DNA from: Trypanosoma brucei | Lineage: Eukaryota | Assembly: GCA_000002445.1 (NCBI GenBank) | Contig: CH464491.1 | Location: 800,001 to 864,000, forward strand | Reading direction: 5' to 3' | DNA length: 64,000 bases | Shown: positions 22,845-33,641 of the stretch, piece after piece | Layout: each line of letters starts with the position of its first letter | Position numbering within the stretch: position 1 is the first letter of the stretch | Position numbers and translations under genes: made by a program | The notes under the pieces: model-generated | What the model was told of the DNA's origin: nothing | Seen by the model: only the letters and a program-made list of their open reading frames with translations | Databases searched by the model: none

Positions 22845-23528
22845 GTTTCGGGTTGCCATTTCGATCGCACAAATGTGTCCGCACGATAACGAAAGGTATT
22901 TTGAAACCTCCCACCGCCACAACATCATATTAGTTTCTTTATTTCTTCCCTCTTTCCATCCTTCATAACACGCCTCTAAAACGAAACAAAAAGAACAGCA
23001 GGGGTCGACTCAAGACATATACAGAGATAAAAAGAACAACAATTGCGTAGCAGGTGGGGGGAAAAAGAATAATGAGGTGGTGGGTAAAGAAAAGTGAAGT
23101 AAGGGGGGGGATGTGAAAAATAATTGAAGTAAGATGGCACACGTACAGATCTAGTCTACTTGATTTTCCATACAAATGAAGAAACAAAGAAAGTATGCAC
23201 GTAACAAAAGTTCAATGAACACTAAAGTCACGCTGAAAGGACGAAGGACAAACCCCATCCACAAGCGGCGTGTCCTTATAATGAGTGACTTGTACTTTCC
23301 CGCTTCACGGAGAACATAACCAAACAGGAGAAAAAAGATAAGAAAAAAGTGTTTAATGTTGCGCAGGTGGAGATATTCGCACGAAACGCAAAAATGTCAT
23401 AACAACACCATCATCATCAACACTCGAATAGTCGAAACGCTCATCATTCCCATCATTATGATCACAACCGCCCTCTCTGCTTTGTTTTCTGTCACCTTTT
23501 ACCTTAACACGTCTAAGGAAGTTAATGA

Positions 23529-23560
<32 letters not shown>

Positions 23561-23769
23561 CTTATATATACTAAAGATACACGGTAGTTGCACCAGTACA
23601 ACTGCGCTAACACGCAATAGTACTGTAAAGAGACGCGCAGTATCCCCTCCTACAAATACACGCACATACAAAAAAAAAAAAGAAAACAAGCAGGTGTCGG
23701 GGCGATAAATACTGCAGAAAGGAAAACAACAATGCAAAACCTTCACATGACTTCACAACGTGAACGAAA

Positions 23770-26358
23770 TCAACGACGGCGGGAGCGGCTACGCCCACTC
23801 TTCCCGGCGCGTTCACTACTAGGAGAAAGTGACAACCGCCACAACGCACGCTCGACGTTAGGTCGTGTGGGTGCACCCTCCAACCGTCTGCGTGCGGCAA
23901 TACCAATAACCGGTTCCTGTATCTTCGCGTTATTACGTTGCTTGCACACATCCGAAAAAGGCATGGCCTCATCATCACCGTTATTTTCTTCAATATTGAT
24001 TGGAGGAGAAGAATTCGTGCGGCGCCCACTTAATGAACCCGACCGCACATATTGAGGCAGTGGGGACGACGTCCTTAGAGCAGCCCTCGCACTCCCACGA
24101 GAAACACTCGGAACATTACGTCCCAAAGCGGGACGCAACAGTTTGCTCCTCACATCGCGCAACACACCCAACGCCCGGCGCATGCCGTCGGCCAAATTCT
24201 CGGTGCGCGGTGAGGCGCTACGTTTGGGACCCACCGGCACATTCACATCATCGCATAACTCCTCGTCGGCGGTAGGAAATACCGTACGGGCAGTACGTGG
24301 CGTGGGACTACGTTGGTGGGCCTGACTCCCATGGCACCTCGAACGATGCGCAATGTCTAATGGGGAGGAGTCAAGTACTTCCAACAGTTGCCCTCGCATG
24401 TCCCCGGCATCCTTATCCTGACGGGATGGCGTTGCGCTATGCAACCGCACAACCGAACGGCTGGTGCGAGGAGTCTCCCTTCGCGGGCTCGCTAAAGACT
24501 CCCGAACGCGGCGGGCGCTCTCACAGCGAGCCACGTGAATGGCTTGCGACATCAACAGCTTCTCCTCCCTTTCCAACTGGTGAATCCGTTCCTCAATCTG
24601 TGCATCCGACATGTGAGCACCTATAGGAATTGCATCTTCACTCATTTGTGGCCGTGGGGAAAGTGAGGTAGGAGTTAAAGTACCTCCTCCTGCACCCTCT
24701 GCCGCCGCTTGTACATTCGGCAGATCATCCTTGATCATATCATGTGCTACAGTGAGATCTTGCAGCTCCTCCCGCGCTTGCTCCAAGCGCTGACGCAACC
24801 GCTGGAGAGCCACCTTCTTGTCAGCAACTGGAGGGGTGGCGGGTCCTAAAGACTTGATCATGGGCACCCAGCGAGCGGCTATGCGCTCTATGCAGATGAC
24901 GTGTTTATACTGTAACTGGCACCGCGCTGCTTTCTCTGAAGACAAAAGCAGTTCTAGTTGGGTTACTCGTCTTTGCCGCGCCTCATAGAGTTGATACTCC
25001 CAATTCGCCAATTCAGTGTCTCCTTCAGCATCGCGCTCCTTCACACGTGCCTCCAGACGAGCAACCTTGTTGCGGCGGCACTCAATCTCATCCTCAATTT
25101 GACGTTGCCTCTTGCCCTCCCGTTCCTCAATATCGCGGTCCTGTCGCTGCTGCTGTGTCAACTCCTCTAGTCGACTGTAAAGCGGACCGATTTGATCAAT
25201 AGCCACAGAATGATCGTGCGCAATAAGAAGTCGCTGAGCATCCGCCATCGCCCGTATGGGTTCAGAGACCTGTCCCTTAAAGCTACCCACGATAGACGAG
25301 ACAGTTTTGTCGACGTACAAATAAGCATCACGCAGTCCACGTTGATAATAGGCATCACTTAACTCATCTATCCCTCGGACAATCTCTTCCGCACCTATGC
25401 TGTATTCGTGCGCGAAAAGCGGTGGCATGTTGAGTACCATAACCGGATCGTTTTTGATTTTCATGGCTCGCTGCGTAAAGCGCAGACTAGATACCGTTTG
25501 CTCAAAATTTTCCGTAGATGGGTTAATGCAACATAGAATGAAGGTCATACCGGACCCGCCCAGACAGTTCCGTAAAATACGGGTAAGTTTGGCATCACGG
25601 TAGGGTACATAAGTACGCTTGTCTACGATCGCATCCACCACATTACCAAGCGTTAGCAAGCTTTTGTTGATAAAGCCTCCTTCACGCAGCAGCATACCTT
25701 CTGTGTTTGCACGAGATGCGGATTCAGAGCCGGCAAGATCCACTAAGTTGATTGTACTCACTTGCCGGCTCGACCTGTGAATCTCAAATGTGAGAATCAT
25801 GTGCGAGCGACTACTGTGGTCATTGAGGTTCGTTACACCGTACTTGCGGTTGCGCTCCGCGGCGCCCTGCAGTTTCGTAAAACCCTCCAGAGAATCCAAT
25901 AAAACAGACTTTTTGTCGAAGTAAACCCCTCCGTCCGGCGCGTCATGAAGCGCAAGGTCACCCCGTTGAGGGTCTAACAGGTCCTTCACGGACTCATTAT
26001 ATATCTCCGTGAAGTAAACAAAAATTTCTGTTCCAGGGGAATTTTTCTTTAACTCAAAAAGCAACAATGCAGTTCGTGGCACAATGCCTGGGTCCGCGGC
26101 AGTTCCATTCATACTGTGCGTCTTCCCACTGCCCGTTTGACCATAGGCCATGACGGTGACATTCTTGCCGCCAAAACCGGCGTGTACTAGAGCCTCCAGA
26201 CCTTGAAAGATGGTGTGGTTGCTTGTGCCACCATGGTGTACTTTGTTGTACACGTAACGCACGTCAGGGTTATTTGTACTATACAACACCGTTTCTGCGC
26301 TGGACCACACGCTAGTGGGGGCGTTTGGTCGAATGCGTACATGAACCTCAATACTCAT
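23770..26358 (-). CDS. Kinesin with an N-terminal motor domain and a long coiled-coil/disordered basic RS-rich tail
   Basis: P-loop 'GQTGSGKT', switch I 'SSRSH' and switch II 'DLAGSE' are in canonical order from residue ~10. The tail contains coiled coil (EDEIECRRNKVARLEARVKERDAEG). The ORF starts at an ATG. Confidence 0.9.
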   Translation of the reverse strand: MSIEVHVRIRPNAPTSVWSSAETVLYSTNNPDVRYVYNKVHHGGTSNHTIFQGLEALVHAGFGGKNVTVMAYGQTGSGKTHSMNGTAADPGIVPRTALLLFELKKNSPGTEIFVYFTEIYNESVKDLLDPQRGDLALHDAPDGGVYFDKKSVLLDSLEGFTKLQGAAERNRKYGVTNLNDHSSRSHMILTFEIHRSSRQVSTINLVDLAGSESASRANTEGMLLREGGFINKSLLTLGNVVDAIVDKRTYVPYRDAKLTRILRNCLGGSGMTFILCCINPSTENFEQTVSSLRFTQRAMKIKNDPVMVLNMPPLFAHEYSIGAEEIVRGIDELSDAYYQRGLRDAYLYVDKTVSSIVGSFKGQVSEPIRAMADAQRLLIAHDHSVAIDQIGPLYSRLEELTQQQRQDRDIEEREGKRQRQIEDEIECRRNKVARLEARVKERDAEGDTELANWEYQLYEARQRRVTQLELLLSSEKAARCQLQYKHVICIERIAARWVPMIKSLGPATPPVADKKVALQRLRQRLEQAREELQDLTVAHDMIKDDLPNVQAAAEGAGGGTLTPTSLSPRPQMSEDAIPIGAHMSDAQIEERIHQLEREEKLLMSQAIHVARCESARRVRESLASPRRETPRTSRSVVRLHSATPSRQDKDAGDMRGQLLEVLDSSPLDIAHRSRCHGSQAHQRSPTPRTARTVFPTADEELCDDVNVPVGPKRSASPRTENLADGMRRALGVLRDVRSKLLRPALGRNVPSVSRGSARAALRTSSPLPQYVRSGSLSGRRTNSSPPINIEENNGDDEAMPFSDVCKQRNNAKIQEPVIGIAARRRLEGAPTRPNVERALWRLSLSPSSERAGKSGRSRSRRR

Positions 26359-26869
26359 CCCCTATGCTTCTCGACTGCTCTTTGCTTCTGCTTCCGGTGC
26401 TTGACTATCCGCGAACCAAAGGAGAAAAGACTGTTGCTTCGCGCGCGTAAATGTTAATGACTCTTACCAATTTCTGTGGAATACAACCTCGCACCTCCTT
26501 ACCACCAACAACAGTTCTACTTTTTATTTAGTCCCCTTATCTTGTCGCTCCAGTGGGTGCCTGTCCGTTCCGATGCTTACACGTTGGGAAAGTAGAAAGT
26601 ACAGTTTGTGTATAAAACACCTGTTTCCTTTTACAACCACGCTTAGTGGGAAGCGGGGTCAATTTCGAGTGCGTAACGCCTCCTCAGAGCAAACTGGAGC
26701 TCCTTTGTTCGCTCCGCCTCTGTTTTGCTTTTTCACCCCTTGATCTTTCTTACTTGTTTTTCTGGCTTCTGCACGTTTATCCCTTCCTCTCAATCAAACA
26801 CAAAACAAACAGACGTACGCCCCCGACAGAACTCCCTTGGAACTACCCCAAAAAAGAATATAAGGGTAA

Positions 26870-27200
26870 ATTGCGTGAAACAGAAAGAGGGAAAGAATGA
26901 GTAATAACAGCTGAATTAGTAAGCAAGAACATGACACGGCGAAATACAAACATAAATAAAAGTACGGCATAACTCTGCGAGTTGTACTAGAGGAGAAAAA
27001 CAAAATGAAGAATTTTACCAAAACGAATAAGGTCAACGACATGCGTGTGATGGTAATGGTGGTACACGTCTACCCCACTTAGCTTCTCTGTGCACTCAGC
27101 ATTGAAATAGTAAAAAACAAAAAGGAAAATACGGCAGAGACACCAAGTTGGGAGGTCAAAATACAAAGAGATAAAAGAGCAGCGGCTATTAAATAAGGGA
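26870..27200 (-). promoter_or_regulatory. Putative polypyrimidine/trans-splicing signal region upstream of the kinesin gene (implies a ~0.5 kb 5'UTR) or the 3'UTR end of the upstream RRM gene
   Basis: This is the first extended plus-strand purine-rich block (sense polypyrimidine) upstream of the kinesin ATG at 26358. The 26359-26860 interval is purine-rich on the sense strand. Confidence 0.25.
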
Positions 27201-28090
27201 TTATGGAGTCGTTTGCAAGCCACTCAATAGATGGTAAGAGGAGCGGAGTGATGAATGCCTTTAGCCAACTAAACTATTTGACGTGCGCATTCCCATCCCT
27301 GCACACTCACCCAACAGCGTAACAACAAACTCACAGGCAGTTGTACATACAAAATTTTGTGCATATTTAGCTTTGATTCATTTCCGTGTCTACCACACAC
27401 TTCCCTCTTGTGAATTTATATCCCCATCCCTATCCCCCTTTTTTTCCTTCCGGAATGGCTAGGTGTAGGTACTACCACCACCATCACCCATCAATCAGTT
27501 GAATAAAAACGCGAAGTAATCAAAAACAGAACAAAAAAAGGGAGCTAGAAGGTGAGGTAAAGCATCCTAACCAAAGATAAAACATACGTAAACAGCTTAC
27601 TTTTATGCCGTAATCACCACCACTACAGCCATCATTACCTCTACTTAGACTGCTTTTGCACAGCGCTCATGCAATGTCTGGCGCAGCAGTGTTTACTGGA
27701 CTTTCGAATACTTCAGAAGAAAAGGGGGAAAAAAGAATATACCTTCTGTTACTCCTCTCCCATTCGGTCAGCATTTGCGGTGGGGCTATACACGAAAAAA
27801 AAACTATTTTTTTTTATTTTTCTTCCACCGCAAATATACACACATTCACACTGCCACACAGCGCCGTGAAGGTGGCAATAAAGGATTTTACAAAAAAAAG
27901 TAACAGCGAGAACGACAACAACAATGCATATGAAAAATGTATGGGCACCTATTATTGCCTCCAAATACCCTTTAGCACTTATTTCCTTTTTGTTTTTCAG
28001 CTGGTGTCTTTAAAAGGTAAAAAAAAAAAGGATTGTCTGTCTTTTTTTTCCTTTTCAATTTTATTTTTCAAAGCAGGCACGTTCCCACAC

Positions 28091-30022
28091 TCACTGCAGT
28101 GGCGGAGGTGGGGGCGGCACAGCTTGGAACATCGGCTGAATAGGCGTCGGTACCATTCCTGGTGCTGTGATCACAGGTACCAACTGTAGTTGTATGCTTG
28201 CTCCAGCTGGCACCTGGTAATGCTGATGTCCAATGATCACGTTCGGCATGTAAGGTGGTGGAGGTGGCCGGCTGCTCAAATTTGCCTCCCGCAATGGCAG
28301 CAATGAGGGTCCGGGTGCTGCCGACTGAGAGCCATCCCACGCCACAGGGAGAGGCGCTGGAGGCAGCGGACCGCCTGGTGCTGCAGGGGCGCCAAGTGGA
28401 AGTGGGCCAGGAATGGGGATGGGGGCGGGGGCGGGGGCATCAACTGGGGCAACTCCAGTCGCAGGAACCAGTAAGGTGGAGGGACTAGTTGTAGTGGCGG
28501 AACCACATGGCACGCCTCGTCCCGCATCCAGGCGCTTTATGAAGAGTGGCCGCGAGGGAGGAGACGCCTTGTCACGGGTTGCCTGCAGGTTCAAAAGCGC
28601 ACGATGGGAATCGGCAAGGCACACACCTCCAGAGCTGCACAACACACGTTTAGACCAGCTGGTTGCCTTCAATACATCCGCCTCCTCAAGTCGCACAGAG
28701 GCGCAGCCACATTTCTCAGTAAAGTGTGAATCAACGCCCAGTGATACGTTTTTCGGATGAACAGGTACATTAATAAGGGAGAAAAACCAGGCGACGAACA
28801 CTGCGGTCACTTCGACAGGAAGACCTCCAAGAAACACGCCAGACGGGCAATTCAAACCTTCAGAAACGTGCTGTAAAAGCCGATTCGCCTCCCCATCGCC
28901 CGGGTACTGGACGTATCGGGGGTCCCCCCCACCTTGTTGTGAGGTCTGGTTAGATACTGACAAATCGGCGCCGCACGCCCCACTTACCGGAGCAGAAGGC
29001 AGAGACACGACGCTACTGAGAGACGAGGCAGTGCTACTAAACGTCGTCATTGATGGATCAAACGGCGACTGCGATTCCTTCGATACTACACCTGGTGTCA
29101 ATAGAGGTCGGGGCACAGGAACTCCACGAGAAGAGGCAGAGGCAGCGGAGGCAGCTCTGCTGTCGCGTGCAGACGGATGCCCAGCAGCACCGTACGCTCG
29201 CTCAATTACTATTGGGTGTGACGGACCCCGTTTGCGCCCGTCTGCGATATCCGTGATTGCTTCTTTCTCGAAGAGTCGTGCCATTTCCTCCGTGGAAGCC
29301 GCCACGTAAATCCCCCTGGTACCACAATAGATCCGCTGGTTCATGGAGAGCAGTGACTCCACGTCTTCCTCGTTTACCACGAATATCGAAGCACAACCAG
29401 TTGGGGAGCCGCAGCGTCCACCCTTTGCCTTACGGTGCACCAAGATGGAAGTGACCGGCACCTGAACACCACACGCGACCTCGAAAACCCAGCTTATCAA
29501 CCGCCTACCCGTCTGCACGACCTCAAAACGAAGACCACCAATAAACATTTTCGTGCCATGATGACCAGACGCAATTCCACCACCGCCGGTGCCGCACTCC
29601 TGCGCGCGGCTCTGTGGCGGCGGATTCGCCTTGAAGTAATCTGACGGTGGATACGCATGGAACGTCGCACTACTGTCCCCCCGCCCATCAATGGCCCCCA
29701 TGAGTGACCTCCATTCCTCATATTCACCACAGTCGAGGCAAGATATTTGAGTTCCACCACTAAACGCCTCATCGAAAACGCTGACGCCGACGCAGTCCTC
29801 ATTCGCCGTAGGAAACCCTAATGAACCGCACTCATTTGCGTCAGACCTCCAAATTCCAATACTGCTACCGGCTTCTGAGTCATCCAGACTAAGAAGGCGC
29901 ATTCTGTCCTCAAACTGTCGCGTTGCGTATGACTGACAGCTTGCCATACTCTCTTCACTGGATGAAAATCCATCCTGGTCCGCTAGGGAATTAGTCTCAC
30001 TTGCCGTTTCACGAAAAAGCAT
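28091..30022 (-). CDS. Putative RNA-binding protein with two divergent RRM-like modules and a proline-rich C-terminus containing a PPxY motif
   Basis: Two RRM-like segments are present: 'KMFIGGLRFEVV...ASIFVVNEEDVESL' and 'GVFLGGLPVEVTAVFVAWF...'. The C-terminus reads 'RPPPPPYMPN...AVPPPPPPLQ'. The ORF starts at an ATG. Confidence 0.55.
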   Translation of the reverse strand: MLFRETASETNSLADQDGFSSSEESMASCQSYATRQFEDRMRLLSLDDSEAGSSIGIWRSDANECGSLGFPTANEDCVGVSVFDEAFSGGTQISCLDCGEYEEWRSLMGAIDGRGDSSATFHAYPPSDYFKANPPPQSRAQECGTGGGGIASGHHGTKMFIGGLRFEVVQTGRRLISWVFEVACGVQVPVTSILVHRKAKGGRCGSPTGCASIFVVNEEDVESLLSMNQRIYCGTRGIYVAASTEEMARLFEKEAITDIADGRKRGPSHPIVIERAYGAAGHPSARDSRAASAASASSRGVPVPRPLLTPGVVSKESQSPFDPSMTTFSSTASSLSSVVSLPSAPVSGACGADLSVSNQTSQQGGGDPRYVQYPGDGEANRLLQHVSEGLNCPSGVFLGGLPVEVTAVFVAWFFSLINVPVHPKNVSLGVDSHFTEKCGCASVRLEEADVLKATSWSKRVLCSSGGVCLADSHRALLNLQATRDKASPPSRPLFIKRLDAGRGVPCGSATTTSPSTLLVPATGVAPVDAPAPAPIPIPGPLPLGAPAAPGGPLPPAPLPVAWDGSQSAAPGPSLLPLREANLSSRPPPPPYMPNVIIGHQHYQVPAGASIQLQLVPVITAPGMVPTPIQPMFQAVPPPPPPLQ

Positions 30023-30433
30023 TTGAAGCTTGAATCACTCTACCCCACTAGCGTGTATGGTCTGCTACTAACAAGGAGTAAGAAAGAAACTTTGCACTCA
30101 CTAGTTGTTCAAACCTTCTTCGAAAGCACAATAAAACAAGAGTAAATAAGGTGAAAAGTGGATGATAGAAATTTAAAGCAAGAGACAGGAATAACGACGA
30201 GGCAGCCAAAGGAAAAAGTACGGACACACGGGTGTACGTGGGCTGAAAAACACACCCTTAAACATAATTGTATAGTTGCGTTACCGTAGTGCGGAGAAGT
30301 AAACACGCCACGAATGGAATGCACCCCAACGAGGTTTAAAGGGGCGAAAGAAAATAGGGGCGGAGAAGCACCTCACATGCCCACGCGTAGGAAAAAGCGC
30401 ACACCGCCCATCCCCACCCCTCCCCAACTCAGG

Positions 30434-31018
30434 TCAGGAGTTAAAGTTTACATCAACCCTACCCAAAACCTCAAGTACATTTTCGCAGAACCCCTTGAAT
30501 TCCGGGACGTTGGCTAGCGCTGCCTCTAGTGCGTCAACACGCGAGCGACTGATGTTGACGATACGTAAGAGACGCTGCAGCTCCGCACTTCGAAGTTGGT
30601 TACGAAGCTTAGCGTCGCGTGCCAATGCTGCCAGATGTGCCTCTCCAAGAACAACAAGTGAGCCATCTTCGTCCCGCCTTCCATATACGGAATAATCGTC
30701 ACTCCTCCGAGCACCAGCGGAACAGTCAAGCTCCTTCTGCTCTTCCATAGTGGATGAATTGCCGGTGGTAGGTTCGGTGCAAACAGTAATATAGCCGTCA
30801 CGTGACGAATCGAGCTTCGGTTTCTTAGCAACCACATCCTCCCCACCGCCATCTTTAGGTTCCTTTAGTTGCTGTTGCTCATAAGAACAACTGCCAACAC
30901 CGCTGCCGTCGCGATGCTCTTTGAAACAATTCAAGGAACAATACATGCTACGACACTGGCGGCAGCGGTAGTGAGCTGAGTTTCCAGCACATATAATGCA
31001 ACGGAGCATCCCTGTCAT
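30434..31018 (-). CDS. ZNHIT3: zf-HIT protein, ZNHIT3/Hit1-like (box C/D snoRNP assembly factor family)
   Basis: N-terminal HIT zinc finger 'CIICAGNSAHYRCRQCRSMYCSLNCFKEH'. The C-terminal helix pair 'AELQRLLRIVNIS...VPEFKGFCENVLEVLG' resembles ZNHIT3 'PHLRQLMVNLD...EPLFVEFADCCLGIVE'. Confidence 0.65.
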   Translation of the reverse strand: MTGMLRCIICAGNSAHYRCRQCRSMYCSLNCFKEHRDGSGVGSCSYEQQQLKEPKDGGGEDVVAKKPKLDSSRDGYITVCTEPTTGNSSTMEEQKELDCSAGARRSDDYSVYGRRDEDGSLVVLGEAHLAALARDAKLRNQLRSAELQRLLRIVNISRSRVDALEAALANVPEFKGFCENVLEVLGRVDVNFNS

Positions 31019-32103
31019 TAAGTCTACCCCACCCTGCCAACAAGCGTCAACAAACCTTAAAAACTATGAAACGTAAATGGGAGTAATGCTGAGGAGGCCA
31101 CCAGCAACGAAAGCGTCTATTCAGGCTCCCTTCTTTACTGAGGATAAAAAAAGGCAACATAAATTCGGCAGCACCAGACAAAGCAAGTATAATATGATGC
31201 AAAAAGATTTTTAAAAAAGAAAAAGAAACGGGGGGAATTGAGGAGGAAAATGGAGAAGTGAAGAAGAAATGCGACATGGTTTCATCGGCTGCTCGTGCAG
31301 CTCTCATGGAAGGCTACCCTGTGTCTGGAACGAAACAAAAAATGAAGGACGGGTTAACGAAGTTGTTAATGGTGCGAACTTCACTAGAAGTGGCTCCACG
31401 TCTACGACGAATAAACTATAGAAGAAACATAACTTGGACCCGGGCAACAGTAATGCACTTTCTCACCGTTCCGCGGCCAACTTCCCAAGCGAACACAGAA
31501 CTGCGTAAGCGGATTAAATATCTACCCAGAGACGCATTGAATTTAAAGAGCTAAACGTCCAACCAATTATATGTATGTGCGCTGTCGGCCCTTAATTTCC
31601 TTTAAAACACACATACATTTATCCACAGGGAGAACACACGGGTCAAGGGATATTACAACAGTGCCACCGGTACCAAAACTGCCAAACCTGTAAAAAATAA
31701 CAACAGCAACAGTAATAACAATAAGTGCTAGAGCGGCGTAGGTAAAAATGAGGAGGAAAACTTGGGGATCTGTATACGTGGCTGGTCTTACATTTACCAA
31801 GTCGCTGTGGTCAGTGGCATAAAAGTATATCTCCCTGTACACTTCTGGCCATGGAAAACAAAAGTAAAGTAGAAGAACGTACCCATGTGCCAGGGAAGTC
31901 AAAATCCCCTACTTCCCTTTTCTCACTGGACCCTTCTAGTCCCTTTCGTTCCTCCCCATTAGCATCACCATTACGGGTGATTTCACCTTCACCTCCCCAA
32001 GAGTGTCGCTGCCGCCCACGCACAAAAACGTATCCGCACAAAAATCTCCTTTCCCAGGGAAGAAAAGAGCAAGGAGATCCAAGAAGGAAAGAAATGACGG
32101 AAT

Positions 32104-33255
32104 TCACATGAAAGGCGCTCCAGTACTCATGGATCCCAGTACCTGCTTGTTGCGATATTTGTACCCGTTATACTTATTAAGCGATGGGGGAAGACGCATC
32201 GACTCGATGCAAGCATCATCCAACCGAAACGAGCTGCGGTGATGCATACGCGTCAACGTACTAATGGACCCAGTGGGGGGCGACACCATGGAGTGATACG
32301 TGTCAACTGTCAGGTTAAACCAGCGCTTCACAAACATACGGATTGTTTGTCCGTGTGTTAATATCACCACATTTGTGTCCATGGGAAAGTCCATCCGCTC
32401 CCGCTGGAAGGCATCTAAGAAGCTTGTAACCCGATCACACACATCAGCGCCACTTTCGCCGTGGGGAAAGCGGTAATAGAACTTGCCATACTTTTCCCTT
32501 TCAGCTAGATGGTGCAGGAGCTCCCCCTTTGACTTATATCGTCCGATGTCTCCATCCCGCAGTCGAACATCCTCTCGCACCCCAACAATAGACTCACCTT
32601 CCATCTTGTGCTCACTTCTATAGGCATCATACCCGCGCAGCACATGCTTGAATGACTGACGGCACCGCACGTAGGGGGAAAGGTAGTAATACACTGGCTC
32701 ATCCCCAATGAGCTGAGCCAGCCGGCGGCCCGCATCATAAGATTCCTCCTCACCCTCAGGAACTATAGGAATACGCCAATCAGGAGTTGTCACGTGCGTG
32801 CAAACGTTGACGTTGGCCAGGCTTCTACCGTTGCGCAGGAATATAATGCGCTTCACAGGCTCAACAGGTTGCGTTGGGAACTTAAGCATTTGGCGGCGGT
32901 CACCACTGCGAATAGTAATGGACATCCTACCCTGAGACTCCGTGTGTGTTACGTAGGCCGAAGTTGGAGAAGGCACGGAGAACATTGATGAAGCGGGGTC
33001 CGTTGTGGCTGCATTTGCTGCAGTTTCACAAAGGTTAACAGCAACTGCAGGTTCTTCTACTAGTGCCTTGGTTTCCTTTGAGACTTCCAAGGGCCTCACT
33101 GTCTGGGTAGTTGGTTGAGGGTGAAGGTGAGGTGGCCACGTGGAAGACGTGAAGTGCATAACGTCGCATAGCGGTGCCTTTAGTGACCCACATGACACAA
33201 TACGATCCCACTGCTTGCAAATCCGGTGATGAGAGCACCTGCGTACAACTGCCAT
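32104..33255 (-). CDS. Histidine-phosphatase (PGAM-like) superfamily paralogue whose nucleophilic His is replaced (RNG instead of RHG), a probable pseudo-phosphatase
   Basis: The family core aligns with the neighbouring gene: 'IIFLRNGRSLANVN' against 'LLLVRHGESEANVD'. 'SPYVRCRQS' and 'VVILTHGQTIRMFVKRW' are retained. A long N-terminal extension precedes the core. The first codon in the track is GTG; the ATG is at 33255. Confidence 0.75.
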   Translation of the reverse strand: MAVVRRCSHHRICKQWDRIVSCGSLKAPLCDVMHFTSSTWPPHLHPQPTTQTVRPLEVSKETKALVEEPAVAVNLCETAANAATTDPASSMFSVPSPTSAYVTHTESQGRMSITIRSGDRRQMLKFPTQPVEPVKRIIFLRNGRSLANVNVCTHVTTPDWRIPIVPEGEEESYDAGRRLAQLIGDEPVYYYLSPYVRCRQSFKHVLRGYDAYRSEHKMEGESIVGVREDVRLRDGDIGRYKSKGELLHHLAEREKYGKFYYRFPHGESGADVCDRVTSFLDAFQRERMDFPMDTNVVILTHGQTIRMFVKRWFNLTVDTYHSMVSPPTGSISTLTRMHHRSSFRLDDACIESMRLPPSLNKYNGYKYRNKQVLGSMSTGAPFM

Positions 33256-33641
33256 CACGTAGGGGGGAACTCACAGACCACAACTAAAGCTAAAAGAAAC
33301 GATCCGCGACAGCAAAAACGTGAGACTAAACGATAAAATCACAGAGCTAAAATAAGAGCCAAGAGAAACAACTCAAGAGAAGAAAGTAAAACAAAGAAGA
33401 AGAGAGCACGCAAATGCCGCCGGTTAAAAAACAGCTAGCAGGTAAGCGTGTGATGTTGAAAAGAGTGACCTTGGGAGAGGAGTGAGGGGTGACACGCACG
33501 AAAATGAGTGAACACACACATATACCAGGTACGTAAATACGTGTTACGTACATTACACCACTTTGCAAAATCCTTCAACATCACCTTCCCCTCGGGTATG
33601 TACAAGCACCTCTGACTCAGCAAGCATTCACAACCATCAAA

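Noticed and set aside
22328-22933. Intergenic plus-strand ORFs of 150-200 aa: this one at 22328..22933, plus 27656..28189, 6206..6679 and 12983..13447.
   Set aside because: Their composition is low-complexity (F/L/S/K-rich). They sit in spacers or overlap MDP-1 antisense, and they lie on the strand opposite to every supported gene. In a kinetoplastid directional cluster an isolated opposite-strand gene would be very unusual.
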